From the NCBI GenBank assembly GCA_038922895.1, contig JBCKWF010000003.1, positions 1 through 37,883 of the forward strand: a DNA stretch of 37,883 nucleotides, in the 5' to 3' direction. Position numbers and translations under genes: made by a program. This document shows, piece by piece, positions 19,484 to 28,750 of the stretch (positions are counted from its first letter, which is position 1; each line of letters opens with the position of its first letter). A model generated the notes under the pieces. It saw only the letters and a program-made list of their open reading frames with translations, was not told where the DNA came from and searched no databases. Source of the stretch: Gammaproteobacteria bacterium (GTDB lineage Bacteria; Pseudomonadota; Gammaproteobacteria; Eutrophobiales; Eutrophobiaceae).

Positions 19484-21742
19484 ATGATCGCCTTTATTAA
19501 ACTGCTGCTTCGATGCCTGCTGAGACTGTTATACGGTGTCACCGTTAACGGTATGGAAAATTATCACAAGGCTGGTAAACGAGTCCTGATTGTTGCCAAC
19601 CACACCTCCCTGCTGGACGGGATCCTGCTGTATGCATGGCTGCCGGAAACGCCAACATTTGCCATCAATACCGACATCGCAACACGAAAGTCGTTCCGGT
19701 TCCTCCTCAGATTTGTTGATCTGTTTGAGATGGATCAGAACAGTCCGCTCTCATTGAAATCGATGATCCGGTTTATCCGTGAAGATAAAAAGGCGGTCAT
19801 ATTTCCCGAAGGCCGTATTACCACGACCGGTACCTTGATGAAGATTTATGAAGGCCCGGCACTGATAGCGGACAAGGCCGATGCAATGGTCCTCCCGGTC
19901 GCTATTGATGGCGCCCAGCTGAGCCCGTTTTCAAATCTGAAAGACCGGGGACATCTAAAACGTTTCCCCAGGATTACGCTGACGATTCTGCCTGCTGAAA
20001 AAATCAGGATCGACCCGGAACTGTCCGGACATTTACGCCGCAAGCAAGCCACGCTGAGACTGCAAAAGTTGATGATAAACCTGCAATTTCACACCTATAA
20101 ATATGACAAAACCCTGTTTCTGGCAATGTGCGAGGCCGCGCAAAAATTTGGTCAAAACCTGATTGTCCTTGAAGACACCAACCAGACTCAACTGACTTAC
20201 AAACAGCTGTTTACCCGTGCGTTTATTCTGTCCCGCATACTGCAGCAGGAAACAACAAAAGGTGAACATACCGGACTGCTACTGCCAAACACCGCCACTA
20301 TCGTAATCTGTCTGCTGGCCCTGCAGTATCTGGGCAGGATCCCCGCGATGCTGAATTTTACCTCCGGGATCCAGAATATACTGAAGGCCTGCAAAACGGC
20401 AAAGATCCGGACCGTCTATACCTCCAGTACATTCATTGAACGCGCGGGACTGCATGAACTTGCGGAAGAGCTGAAACAACATGTCAGACTGGTCTATCTG
20501 GAAGAACTGCGTGCAAAGATCGGGGTAATCGACAAAATCACCGGGGCACTACAGGCACGCAATCCGGAAGCCAGCTACAGACGCCGGACAGCCACGATAG
20601 ATCCGGACAGCCCTGCAGTTATCCTGTTTACCTCCGGCTCGGAAGGTGTTCCTAAAGGTGTCGTACTCTCACATGCGAATATATTGGCCAATTTCGCCCA
20701 GGTAAGGGTCCATATTGATTTCAAGCCTTCTGATGTTGTATTTAACTGCCTGCCGACATTCCATTCGTTCGGTCTGAATGCCGGACTACTGATGCCACTG
20801 CTGGGAGGAAGCAAGGTCTACCTGTATCCAAGCCCGTTGCATTACCGGATCATCCCGCAGCTTATCTATGAACAAAATGCGACCATCTTCTTTGGCGCAA
20901 ATACCTTTTTCAAAGGCTATGCCAAGTATGCCCATCCGTATGATTTCCATACATTACGATATGTGGTTGCCGGTGCGGAAAAACTGCGTGATGACACCAG
21001 GAATATATGGATAGAAAATTTCGGTATCAGGATTTTTGAAGGCTACGGTGTGACTGAAACCAGTCCGGTAATATCGGTCAACACCCCGCTGGTTGCCAGG
21101 GCCGGTACAGTCGGCCTGCCCCTGCCTGGCATGCAATGCTACCTGGCGCCGGTAGAAGGCATAGATAATGGCGGCCGCCTGGTAGTAAGCGGACCAAATG
21201 TGATGCTCGGTTATTTACTCCATGATTCTGACGGCATGATAGTCCCGCCTGCAACCGAACGTGGCAAGGGCTGGCACGATACCGGCGATATTGCCACTAT
21301 CGATGCAGACGGCTTCATCAAAATAATGGGCAGGGCCAAACGCTTTGCCAAGATCGGCGGAGAAATGATATCGCTGACCACAGTGGAAGAACTCGCAATG
21401 CATTGCTGGCCGGAGGCTAACCACGCGGCTGTCGCATTGCTGGATGATAAAAAGGGAGAAAAGATCATCCTCGTAACCGATTTTCACGGAGCGGACCGAA
21501 AACAACTGCTGGAAACTGCCCGTCAGCTGAAAATCAGCGAACTCTATATACCTCGCAAGATCATCCTGGCAGAAGAACTGCCCATGCTCGGTACCGGTAA
21601 GACCAATTACCTGTTATTGGCAAACATGGTCCAGACAGAAGAGCAGGAGGGCACCGGCTGGATCCGCAAGATTGCCAATATGGTCATGCTGACCAATCAT
21701 GACAATCAGGCTGACAAAAACGAACCAGACGAGAACCGCTGA
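19484..21742 (+). CDS. aas: Bifunctional acyltransferase / acyl-ACP synthetase (Aas-like)
   Basis: NHTSLLD and IFPEGR acyltransferase motifs. AMP-binding FTSGSEGVPKG, EGYGVTE, DTGD, GRAKRFAKIGGEM. Confidence 0.9.
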   Translation: MIAFIKLLLRCLLRLLYGVTVNGMENYHKAGKRVLIVANHTSLLDGILLYAWLPETPTFAINTDIATRKSFRFLLRFVDLFEMDQNSPLSLKSMIRFIREDKKAVIFPEGRITTTGTLMKIYEGPALIADKADAMVLPVAIDGAQLSPFSNLKDRGHLKRFPRITLTILPAEKIRIDPELSGHLRRKQATLRLQKLMINLQFHTYKYDKTLFLAMCEAAQKFGQNLIVLEDTNQTQLTYKQLFTRAFILSRILQQETTKGEHTGLLLPNTATIVICLLALQYLGRIPAMLNFTSGIQNILKACKTAKIRTVYTSSTFIERAGLHELAEELKQHVRLVYLEELRAKIGVIDKITGALQARNPEASYRRRTATIDPDSPAVILFTSGSEGVPKGVVLSHANILANFAQVRVHIDFKPSDVVFNCLPTFHSFGLNAGLLMPLLGGSKVYLYPSPLHYRIIPQLIYEQNATIFFGANTFFKGYAKYAHPYDFHTLRYVVAGAEKLRDDTRNIWIENFGIRIFEGYGVTETSPVISVNTPLVARAGTVGLPLPGMQCYLAPVEGIDNGGRLVVSGPNVMLGYLLHDSDGMIVPPATERGKGWHDTGDIATIDADGFIKIMGRAKRFAKIGGEMISLTTVEELAMHCWPEANHAAVALLDDKKGEKIILVTDFHGADRKQLLETARQLKISELYIPRKIILAEELPMLGTGKTNYLLLANMVQTEEQEGTGWIRKIANMVMLTNHDNQADKNEPDENR

Positions 21743-21772
21743 TTAGAAAACACGGATCAAGTCCGGGGTCCC

Positions 21773-21794
21773 GGCCGCACAGGGATGTGCGGCC
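21773..21794. repeat. GC-rich hairpin in a degenerate MITE/REP-like intergenic element
   Basis: GGCCGCACA GGGA TGTGCGGCC, a 9-bp perfect stem between convergent genes. Confidence 0.55.
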
Positions 21795-21883
21795 CTGGAT
21801 AAGTCGTGGAGACTGCTTCAGAACATTCAGTATACAGTTACTTGCAATATTGCATACGGGTAAGGCGATTTTGTAATCAGGTA

Positions 21884-22282
21884 CTAGCCAATCAACTTCT
21901 GGATCACAGCTGTCTGCCAGGCGGCTATATCTTCAGGCAACTTGACCAGATGGATACCTGTCTTGAACTGCCCGCTGTCCTGATCCATGTCAGACCAGAT
22001 AACCTTGCCTAACAGATTAAATTGACGGATCGGGTTTCCGAGTTCGATATTCAGTAGAAGACTGCTGCCTGCCGGCAATGGTATCCGTGAATAAATGCAC
22101 ATGCCTGTTATGGAAATATCCCTGGCCTGACAGTTCATTGTGTTGCCTTCGAGCGCCGCCGAGCCTGGCGCAGAGTGCACTTCAACTGACACATCGATAT
22201 CTTCCCGACTATATGCACGGTTTTCGTTGGTTTTAATCGGATCCATATCACCAGCCTGTAATAGATACTTAATTTTTGGCAT
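21884..22282 (-). CDS. Single-domain PilZ protein
   Basis: RxxxR (ENRAYSR) and D/NxSxxG (DISITG) c-di-GMP motifs; GKVIW...GIHL. Confidence 0.88.
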   Translation of the reverse strand: MPKIKYLLQAGDMDPIKTNENRAYSREDIDVSVEVHSAPGSAALEGNTMNCQARDISITGMCIYSRIPLPAGSSLLLNIELGNPIRQFNLLGKVIWSDMDQDSGQFKTGIHLVKLPEDIAAWQTAVIQKLIG

Positions 22283-22357
22283 TTAGAATATCATATGTAC
22301 TCATGAATCAGATAACTGGCATGCTGACATCTGTGCCATACCACTATATGACATTGA

Positions 22358-22975
22358 ATGACGAGTATGACATCAAAAAATAAACTGGTTGAAGATCTGT
22401 TCCGCTATGGACTGGGTGAACACCTGGTACTGCACATGCAGAAGGGTGAATCAATCCTGGGGAAAATTGTCTACGAAAAAGACAGAATGCTGTTGAAAGA
22501 TAATGAATTACTCGCGGGACTCAAACCGGAATACCTGAAACCCTGCTGGGAAAAGGGCATGATAGGGATGCTATGCTGTCCAAAAAACAAGGAATGGGAA
22601 AGCCTCAGTTTTTATGGACTGCAGAAATGCAACCTGCCGGTCGATCTGGAATCGACCCGGCATGGCAGCCTGACCGCTGCACAAAACCAGTATGGTGAAA
22701 AACTAATCGACTTTGTCGGTAGCGTCTACCGAGGATTCAACCTGATGCTGGACAACCATTTTTTACCGGTCATCCTGCTACAACAAGTCCATTCAAAGTC
22801 AGGCGAGATCGGACTGGCAGTCACCGATCTTCGTACTGCACCGGTGCCGATCAATCTGATCCAGAAAATCCATGATATCGTCCGGGAAGAAATTGACATG
22901 CGGCTTACCCTCAATGTTGAGGACTCCGATCTGACTGCGAGTGACTTCCAGAGTATATTCAAACAGTACTTGTAA
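22358..22975 (+). CDS. Hypothetical soluble protein
   Basis: 205-aa ORF filling the gap with a normal composition. No family recognised. Confidence 0.7.
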   Translation: MTSMTSKNKLVEDLFRYGLGEHLVLHMQKGESILGKIVYEKDRMLLKDNELLAGLKPEYLKPCWEKGMIGMLCCPKNKEWESLSFYGLQKCNLPVDLESTRHGSLTAAQNQYGEKLIDFVGSVYRGFNLMLDNHFLPVILLQQVHSKSGEIGLAVTDLRTAPVPINLIQKIHDIVREEIDMRLTLNVEDSDLTASDFQSIFKQYL

Positions 22976-22987
22976 TGCCAACCGCCC

Positions 22988-23188
22988 TCACTGAAGCCGG
23001 TGCACGAACCGGTAAGCGAGAATCAGCACCGCAAAGCCAATATAAAATCCCAGCAACGCAATCAGTAGCAGTAACGCCATTTCGGGAGTAATGATACGCG
23101 ACCGTGACATATACATAATTACCCCTACGATAGCGCAGAGGCTAACGATAAGACTTACGGCAAGTAGTATGATTCTGGATTTTTTCAT
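22988..23188 (-). CDS. Small membrane protein with two TM helices
   Basis: 66 aa, two hydrophobic helices with basic flanks. Confidence 0.6.
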   Translation of the reverse strand: MKKSRIILLAVSLIVSLCAIVGVIMYMSRSRIITPEMALLLLIALLGFYIGFAVLILAYRFVHRLQ

Positions 23189-23197
23189 CGTTGATCT

Positions 23198-23317
23198 TCG
23201 CTAGTTGCTAAAAAAAAGTATGGCCTTTTATCTAAATATATCAACTACTATCGTTTCATTATCTGATTTGTTGTATTGATACCCCGCCTGCCAGCGACCT
23301 GCAACCAGCGACTAGCG
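23198..23317. repeat. Inverted pair of heptamer arrays, locus B
   Basis: Left arm TCGCTAGTTGCTA (23198-23210). Right arm GCCAGCG ACCTGCA ACCAGCG ACTAGCG (23290-23317). AT-rich spacer. Confidence 0.7.
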
Positions 23318-23376
23318 ACCCTGATATCCTGTAAACTTGATATCCATTCGAATCTACACAGGACAACCAGGTCGCC

Positions 23377-24225
23377 ATGCTAAGCTATCGCCACGGCTTT
23401 CACGCCGGTAATTTTGCCGATGTGCTTAAACATCTGGTACAGGTTGCAATCCTGCAATACCTGAAAAAGAAAGACACGCCATTTTATTACCATGATACCC
23501 ACGCTGGCGCCGGCATCTATACTATCGCCCATACCTATATGCAGAAAAACCGCGAATATCTTGGGGGCATCGCCCGCATATTGGCGGCAAAACCAAGGTC
23601 GCACCTGCTGAAAGATTATCTCGATATCATCCGTCAATTTAATACCGCAGGCGGATTGACAACTTACCCGGGTTCACCCGAAATTGCTGTACGTTTGCTG
23701 CGTAGCCAGGATCGGGCATGGCTGGGTGAAAGACATAAGACCGATTTTCGGATTTTATCCGAACATTTCAGCAGATATTCCAGCGTCCATTGTGAAATGA
23801 TGGATGCCTGGGATGGACTGAAGGCGAAATTGCCGCCGAAAGAACGCCGTGGACTGGTCCTGGTCGATCCCTCCTATGAACTCGACAGCGATTACAGACA
23901 GGTAACCCGGGCTATTGAAGATGCATTACAACGCTTTGCCCAGGGTATCTATGCAATCTGGTACCCGCTAATTGATGAGAGGACCACAGATAAACTACTG
24001 AGAAGGTTCGCTGCATTGCCTGCAAAGGACAATCTGCATATCCGCCTCGATCTCGGCAAGGACAAAACCGAACCGGGCATGCATGCCTGCGGTATGCTTA
24101 TCATCAACCCTCCGTTTACACTGGCAGAAACGATGAAACAGACCTTGCCTGAATTGATAACATTACTGGCGGACGACCAGAGGACGGGACGGTATAGGGT
24201 TGAAAAGCTGGTCGCTAGTCGCTAA
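23377..24225 (+). CDS. rlmJ: 23S rRNA (adenine2030-N6)-methyltransferase
   Basis: MLSYRHGFHAGNFADVLKH, DTHAGAG, YPGSP, DPSYE, WYP. Confidence 0.96.
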   Translation: MLSYRHGFHAGNFADVLKHLVQVAILQYLKKKDTPFYYHDTHAGAGIYTIAHTYMQKNREYLGGIARILAAKPRSHLLKDYLDIIRQFNTAGGLTTYPGSPEIAVRLLRSQDRAWLGERHKTDFRILSEHFSRYSSVHCEMMDAWDGLKAKLPPKERRGLVLVDPSYELDSDYRQVTRAIEDALQRFAQGIYAIWYPLIDERTTDKLLRRFAALPAKDNLHIRLDLGKDKTEPGMHACGMLIINPPFTLAETMKQTLPELITLLADDQRTGRYRVEKLVASR

Positions 24226-24296
24226 AAAAATGTTCGACTTTTGTTTTAATTTTGTCAAACCTTTTATTACGAGCGACGAGTAACGAGCGACTAGAG
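24207..24296. repeat. Inverted pair of heptamer arrays, locus C
   Basis: Left arm GCTGGTC GCTAGTC GCTA (24207-24224), inside the rlmJ 3' end. Right arm ACGAGCG ACGAGTA ACGAGCG ACTAGAG (24269-24296). Confidence 0.8.
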
Positions 24297-25487
24297 ACTG
24301 GAAAACAATAACACCAGACAACTAATCAATCCGAGCACGGGTACCAGCAAGGGTACGGTAAACTCAGCTTTCGTACCTGAACCGCGTAATTTGATCAGTA
24401 GCAATGACAGGTTTACCAGGGCAAAGATGATCAACAGACAGAAACTGGTAATACGCGCAAGCATCTCCAGCGGCAATGCCAGTGCCACGATGAGTATAAG
24501 CACGATCACGAACAAGGTGGCATTGATCGGCGTACTTGTCCTGGGATGTATCACACCCATCCATAACGGCATCCAGTTCTGTGAACTCATCCCGTAAAAT
24601 ACCCTGGATGCCATGATGATCTGCACCAGCGCCCCATTGACTATCGCAAACAGGCTGATGACAGAGATCAGATAAGGCGCATCTCCGGTTATCTTCGTAT
24701 ACATGTCCGCCAGTGGTGCATTGGAATTACCCAGTTCAGCTGGCGGTATTACCAGGATCGCCAGCGTGGAAATACCGATATACAACACAGTTGCTACAGC
24801 TAATGATATGAGCACAGCCAAAGGCATGTTTCTCTGCGGATCCTTGACCTCTTCCGCAATATTGACCATGTCTTCAAAACCGACATAGGCATAAAAGGCC
24901 AGAAACGCCCCTGTCATGATCCCGCCCCAGTCCTGGGCACTGGCAGGGGAGAAAAAACCCCCTATCTTTTCAGGTAATAATCCGAAATATGACCTGCCGA
25001 TGAACAGGATCAGCAACAAGCCCCCGACCTCGATTATGGTAATGACCATCGCGGTCCTGACGGACTCCACAATCCCCCAGATGGCCAGCGATCCCAATAC
25101 GATCAATACTATGCTAATGACCAGCCACTCTGGCAGGTCTATAAACACGGACATATAGCCAACTAGTCCCCTGGCCATCGTCGATGCGGACACCAGTCCT
25201 GTCAGAATAATTAACAGTCCCACTGTCTGGGAGATAATGCGTTTACCAAACCCGTGATGCACATAAACGGCCGAACCGGCGCTGACGGGATAGCGCGATA
25301 CCAGTTCAGCATAGGTAAACGCGGTGAAACCGGCCGTAATGGTAGCAAGCAGGAAGGAAATAATGACAAAGTAACCGGCATTTCCCGCAACCCTGCCGAC
25401 CAGCACATAGATCCCTGCGCCAAGTATGTTCCCTAACCCGTACAAGGTTATCAGCGGCAGCGAGACTGCCCTTTTCAGTTCACTCAT
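24291..25487 (-). CDS. APC-family amino acid permease
   Basis: YGLGNILGAGIY, YAEL, AFYAYVGFED...AEE, SRVFYGMS; about 12 TM helices. Confidence 0.92.
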   Translation of the reverse strand: MSELKRAVSLPLITLYGLGNILGAGIYVLVGRVAGNAGYFVIISFLLATITAGFTAFTYAELVSRYPVSAGSAVYVHHGFGKRIISQTVGLLIILTGLVSASTMARGLVGYMSVFIDLPEWLVISIVLIVLGSLAIWGIVESVRTAMVITIIEVGGLLLILFIGRSYFGLLPEKIGGFFSPASAQDWGGIMTGAFLAFYAYVGFEDMVNIAEEVKDPQRNMPLAVLISLAVATVLYIGISTLAILVIPPAELGNSNAPLADMYTKITGDAPYLISVISLFAIVNGALVQIIMASRVFYGMSSQNWMPLWMGVIHPRTSTPINATLFVIVLILIVALALPLEMLARITSFCLLIIFALVNLSLLLIKLRGSGTKAEFTVPLLVPVLGLISCLVLLFSSL

Positions 25488-25500
25488 CAGCGCTCCTATC

Positions 25501-25693
25501 GTTGCTAGTGTAGTGCTGCATTCTTGATGGAACTTATTTTTGAGATCATGTTTTCAACGTTTATTGCATGACTCGCCAGAATTACAATCCAAACCGTTTG
25601 TTTTGGCTACTTACGATCACAACATGATACAAAAAGTCTCTTCCACAACCAGTCGTATAAGTTCCAAACAGAATGCAACACTACACTAGCAAC
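25501..25693. mobile_element. MITE-like element (about 180 bp) with long terminal inverted repeats and flanking CTAG, nested in heptamer locus D
   Basis: 25501-25537 and 25657-25693 are inverted with 33/37 identity. CTAG at 25505-25508 and 25686-25689. Non-coding AT-rich interior. Confidence 0.7.
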
Positions 25694-25712
25694 CAGCGAC
25701 TAGTAACCAGTT
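25685..25712. repeat. Right arm of heptamer locus D
   Basis: ACTAGCA ACCAGCG ACTAGTA ACCAGTT overlaps the helicase stop. A short left arm TCGTTGCTAG lies at 25499-25508. Confidence 0.75.
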
Positions 25713-27622
25713 TCATGCTTCTGCAAAAACGCCTGTACATCCGCGATTTCAGATGTGTGCTGCATTTGCGGCAGACTTTTCAGAAATATCTTGCCATAGG
25801 ATTTATTCAAGACTCTCGGGTCACAGATCATCAATACGCCATAATCACCTGCATCCCGGATCAGGCGGCCAACGCCCTGTTTCAGCGTGATAACTGCCTC
25901 GGGTAACTGGTAATCCATAAACGGGCTTCCACCCTGCTCTTCCAGTTTTTTCATCCTCGCCTGCAATACCGGGTCATCCGGCGTGGCAAACGGCAGTTTG
26001 TCGATAATGACACAGGTCAATGCCTGTCCCTTCACGTCCACACCTTCCCAGAAACTCTGCGTACCCAGCAGCACGCCGTTTGGTGTATGGCGAAACGATT
26101 CGAGCAGTTCCGTCTTCGGTGCATCACCCTGAATAAATACCGGAAACTCAATCCGGCCTTTAATTATCGCTGCCGCAAGCTGCAGCGCACGGTGACTGGT
26201 AAACAGGAAAAATGCCCGGCCCCGTGTCAGTTGCAGTACCGGTATCGCTGCATCCAGCACCTGCTCCGTATACCCGTCAGCACGCGGATCCGGCAGGCCG
26301 GCAGGCAGATACAACAGCGCCTGACGCCCGAAATCAAACGGGCTTTCCCATGACTGGTGTTTCATCCCGCCGAGTCCCAACTGACCGGCAAAATGCTTGA
26401 AACTCCCTTTCACTGTCAGCGTGGCCGAGGTAAAGATACACAGGCATTCATATTCGGCCATACGCGACTGAAACGTATCGGCGATGTTGAGCGGGGTCTG
26501 ATGCAACAAAAATCCATTACCCCGCAATTCCAGCCATTGCACAAATTCATCCGAATGTGCCTCCAGATAACTGTCGAGTCCGTCCATCAAGGCTATACAG
26601 CGTTTGAAACAATTGTCGAGTTCCTTGCCGCGATTGGCAAATCCCTCCAGCAATTGATGCGCATCATAACAGCGGTCCAGCAAACGCGTCATTGCCTCCT
26701 GCACAGCCTTGCTCTCGCGGAGTTGGTACCAGGCAATCCGGCCCTCCTGCTCACCCAGGGCCAGTCTCAACTGTCTGACCGCGGTATCGACCTTGTCCAG
26801 CACGCCGGGAAAGTCAGGCATGTCTGCTGCCTCGGTGTAGTAGGCCTGCTTGCTGTCTCGTACCCATTCATTGAACTGGTGACTACTCAGGGTCTGGCTG
26901 AAAAATTCCGAGGCAAGTTCAGGTAATTGATGGGCCTCGTCGAAAATAACGACATCGGCGACCGGCAGTAACTCGCCATATCCCTGTTCACGCAGTGCCA
27001 TATCCGCAAGCAATAAATGATGATTGACGACAGTCAGGTCTGCCTCGTTGGCCTCACGCCGTGCCCTGAACACAAAACAGTCGTTGAAATGTTTACATTC
27101 CTGGCCAAGACAGTTTTCTGTCGTCGAGGTAATAAACTTTCTGACCGGTGCATCTTCAGGCAGGTTCGTCAGCTCGGCCAGGTCCCCACTACGGGTCTGC
27201 TGTGACCATGATCGAATCGTATACAGATGCGAAACATTCGCCGCATTCATACCACCGGTATCGGCTTCGACCTGATCAAGCCGGTGCAGGCATAGATAAT
27301 TCGATCGGCCCTTCAATAATGCCGTATGGATCGGACGGCCGATGGCCTGCTGGATGATTTTCAGGTCGCGTTGATACAGCTGGTCCTGCAAATGCCGGGT
27401 GCCGGTAGAGATAATAACTTTCAGGCCAGATAGTATCGCCGGGACCAGATAGGCAAAGGTCTTGCCGGTACCGGTACCGGCCTCACAGATCAGCGATTCA
27501 TGTTGTGCCAAAGCGTTTGCTATCGCCTCGGACATTTCTATCTGTTGCGGTCGTACGGAGTAAGCGGGGATCAATTTGGCCAGCGGTCCGTCTGCTGACA
27601 GGATATCGGCGGATGTAAGCAT
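25700..27622 (-). CDS. yoaA: DinG-family ATP-dependent DNA helicase (YoaA-like, Fe-S)
   Basis: Q motif RPQQ, EAGTGTGKT, KGRSNYLC, Fe-S cysteines, DEAH, FWEGVD, QGVGRLIR. Confidence 0.9.
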   Translation of the reverse strand: MLTSADILSADGPLAKLIPAYSVRPQQIEMSEAIANALAQHESLICEAGTGTGKTFAYLVPAILSGLKVIISTGTRHLQDQLYQRDLKIIQQAIGRPIHTALLKGRSNYLCLHRLDQVEADTGGMNAANVSHLYTIRSWSQQTRSGDLAELTNLPEDAPVRKFITSTTENCLGQECKHFNDCFVFRARREANEADLTVVNHHLLLADMALREQGYGELLPVADVVIFDEAHQLPELASEFFSQTLSSHQFNEWVRDSKQAYYTEAADMPDFPGVLDKVDTAVRQLRLALGEQEGRIAWYQLRESKAVQEAMTRLLDRCYDAHQLLEGFANRGKELDNCFKRCIALMDGLDSYLEAHSDEFVQWLELRGNGFLLHQTPLNIADTFQSRMAEYECLCIFTSATLTVKGSFKHFAGQLGLGGMKHQSWESPFDFGRQALLYLPAGLPDPRADGYTEQVLDAAIPVLQLTRGRAFFLFTSHRALQLAAAIIKGRIEFPVFIQGDAPKTELLESFRHTPNGVLLGTQSFWEGVDVKGQALTCVIIDKLPFATPDDPVLQARMKKLEEQGGSPFMDYQLPEAVITLKQGVGRLIRDAGDYGVLMICDPRVLNKSYGKIFLKSLPQMQHTSEIADVQAFLQKHETGY

Positions 27623-27635
27623 TTAACTACCCTGT

Positions 27636-28583
27636 TTATGCCTGGTTAAATGTAAAGGTAACAACCTTGTCTATCGAATCATACCCCAGAATCTGCATTA
27701 ATAAACGATCAATTCCCACTGCCACACCGGCACAGTCCGGCAGTCCATGCGCCAGCGCAGCCAGCAGCTGCTCATCCAGCTTGACTACTGGTCGCCCCTG
27801 CGCTTGCCGCTGCCTGTTGTCCGCACTAAAACGCGCACGCTGTTCCGTCGCACTGGTCAACTCGTGAAATCCATTTGCGATCTCCATTCCCCGGATGAGC
27901 AGTTCAAACCGTTCCGCCACCGGCGGATCATCCTCACGTATTCGTGCCAAGGCCGCCTGACAGACCGGAAAATCAACAATAAATTCAGGACCGTCCTGTC
28001 CGAGTCCGGGCATGACCCGTGTGCTGAATAAAAAATCGAGCAAGAGTGACCGATGGTGGTGACTGCCCTGCAAACCGTGCTGCTGCGCCAGCTGCTGTAA
28101 TTGCAGATCGGTGGCACGATGCGGATCCCGTCCCGTTGCAGCCTCAAATGCCGAGATATAACTGCGGCGTCCAGGCACGCCAAAGCCAAGTGAAACCAGC
28201 AATTCAGCTATTTCATCCATCAGAACATGATGATCAAAACCGGGCTGGTACCACTCAAGCATGGTAAATTCCGGCTGGTGCTGACGACCCAGCTCTTCAT
28301 CGCGGAACACCCGGCAGATCTGGTAGATCGGACCACTATCAGCAGCCAGCAAACGCTTCATCGCAAACTCGGGAGAGGTATGCAGATATAACAGATCAGC
28401 TGCCGGATCCGAAGGCTTAAACCGGCAGGTAAAGCTGTTCAGGTTCGGGTCGGTATTGCCTGCATGCGACAATACTGGCGTCTCAACTTCAAGAATGTCC
28501 CTGTCCGCCATGAACCGGCGGATCTTTGCCAACAGACTGGCACGCTGTTTTAATACTTCGAGAGAGGCGGAGGGTTGCCACAT
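27636..28583 (-). CDS. epmA: EF-P lysine aminoacylase EpmA (PoxA/GenX)
   Basis: WQPSAS, LHTSPEFAMKRLLA, FRDEE..H.PEFTMLEWY, ANGFHEL, GVAVGIDRL. Adjacent to efp. Confidence 0.95.
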   Translation of the reverse strand: MWQPSASLEVLKQRASLLAKIRRFMADRDILEVETPVLSHAGNTDPNLNSFTCRFKPSDPAADLLYLHTSPEFAMKRLLAADSGPIYQICRVFRDEELGRQHQPEFTMLEWYQPGFDHHVLMDEIAELLVSLGFGVPGRRSYISAFEAATGRDPHRATDLQLQQLAQQHGLQGSHHHRSLLLDFLFSTRVMPGLGQDGPEFIVDFPVCQAALARIREDDPPVAERFELLIRGMEIANGFHELTSATEQRARFSADNRQRQAQGRPVVKLDEQLLAALAHGLPDCAGVAVGIDRLLMQILGYDSIDKVVTFTFNQA

Positions 28584-28593
28584 TATTGTTTTT

Positions 28594-28750
28594 GCTCGTT
28601 GCTCGTTGTTAGTCGCTAGTCGCTAGTCGCTAGTCGCTAGTCGTAGATTATGGGCAATATTTTATTAATTCAGCAATAATTAATTTCAATATTCGAACGA
28701 TTACCTTTGAAACCAAAATAGCTTACGCAGTCTCGCTAGCGACCAGCGAC
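28594..28750. repeat. Inverted pair of heptamer arrays, locus E (epmA/efp)
   Basis: Left arm GCTCGTT x2, GTTAGTC, GCTAGTC x4 (28594-28642). Right arm GCTAGCG ACCAGCG AC (28735-28750) abuts the efp stop. Confidence 0.88.

Noticed and set aside
28594-28642. Possible CRISPR array
   Set aside because: The units are contiguous 7-mers with no unique spacers, and there are no cas genes in the window.
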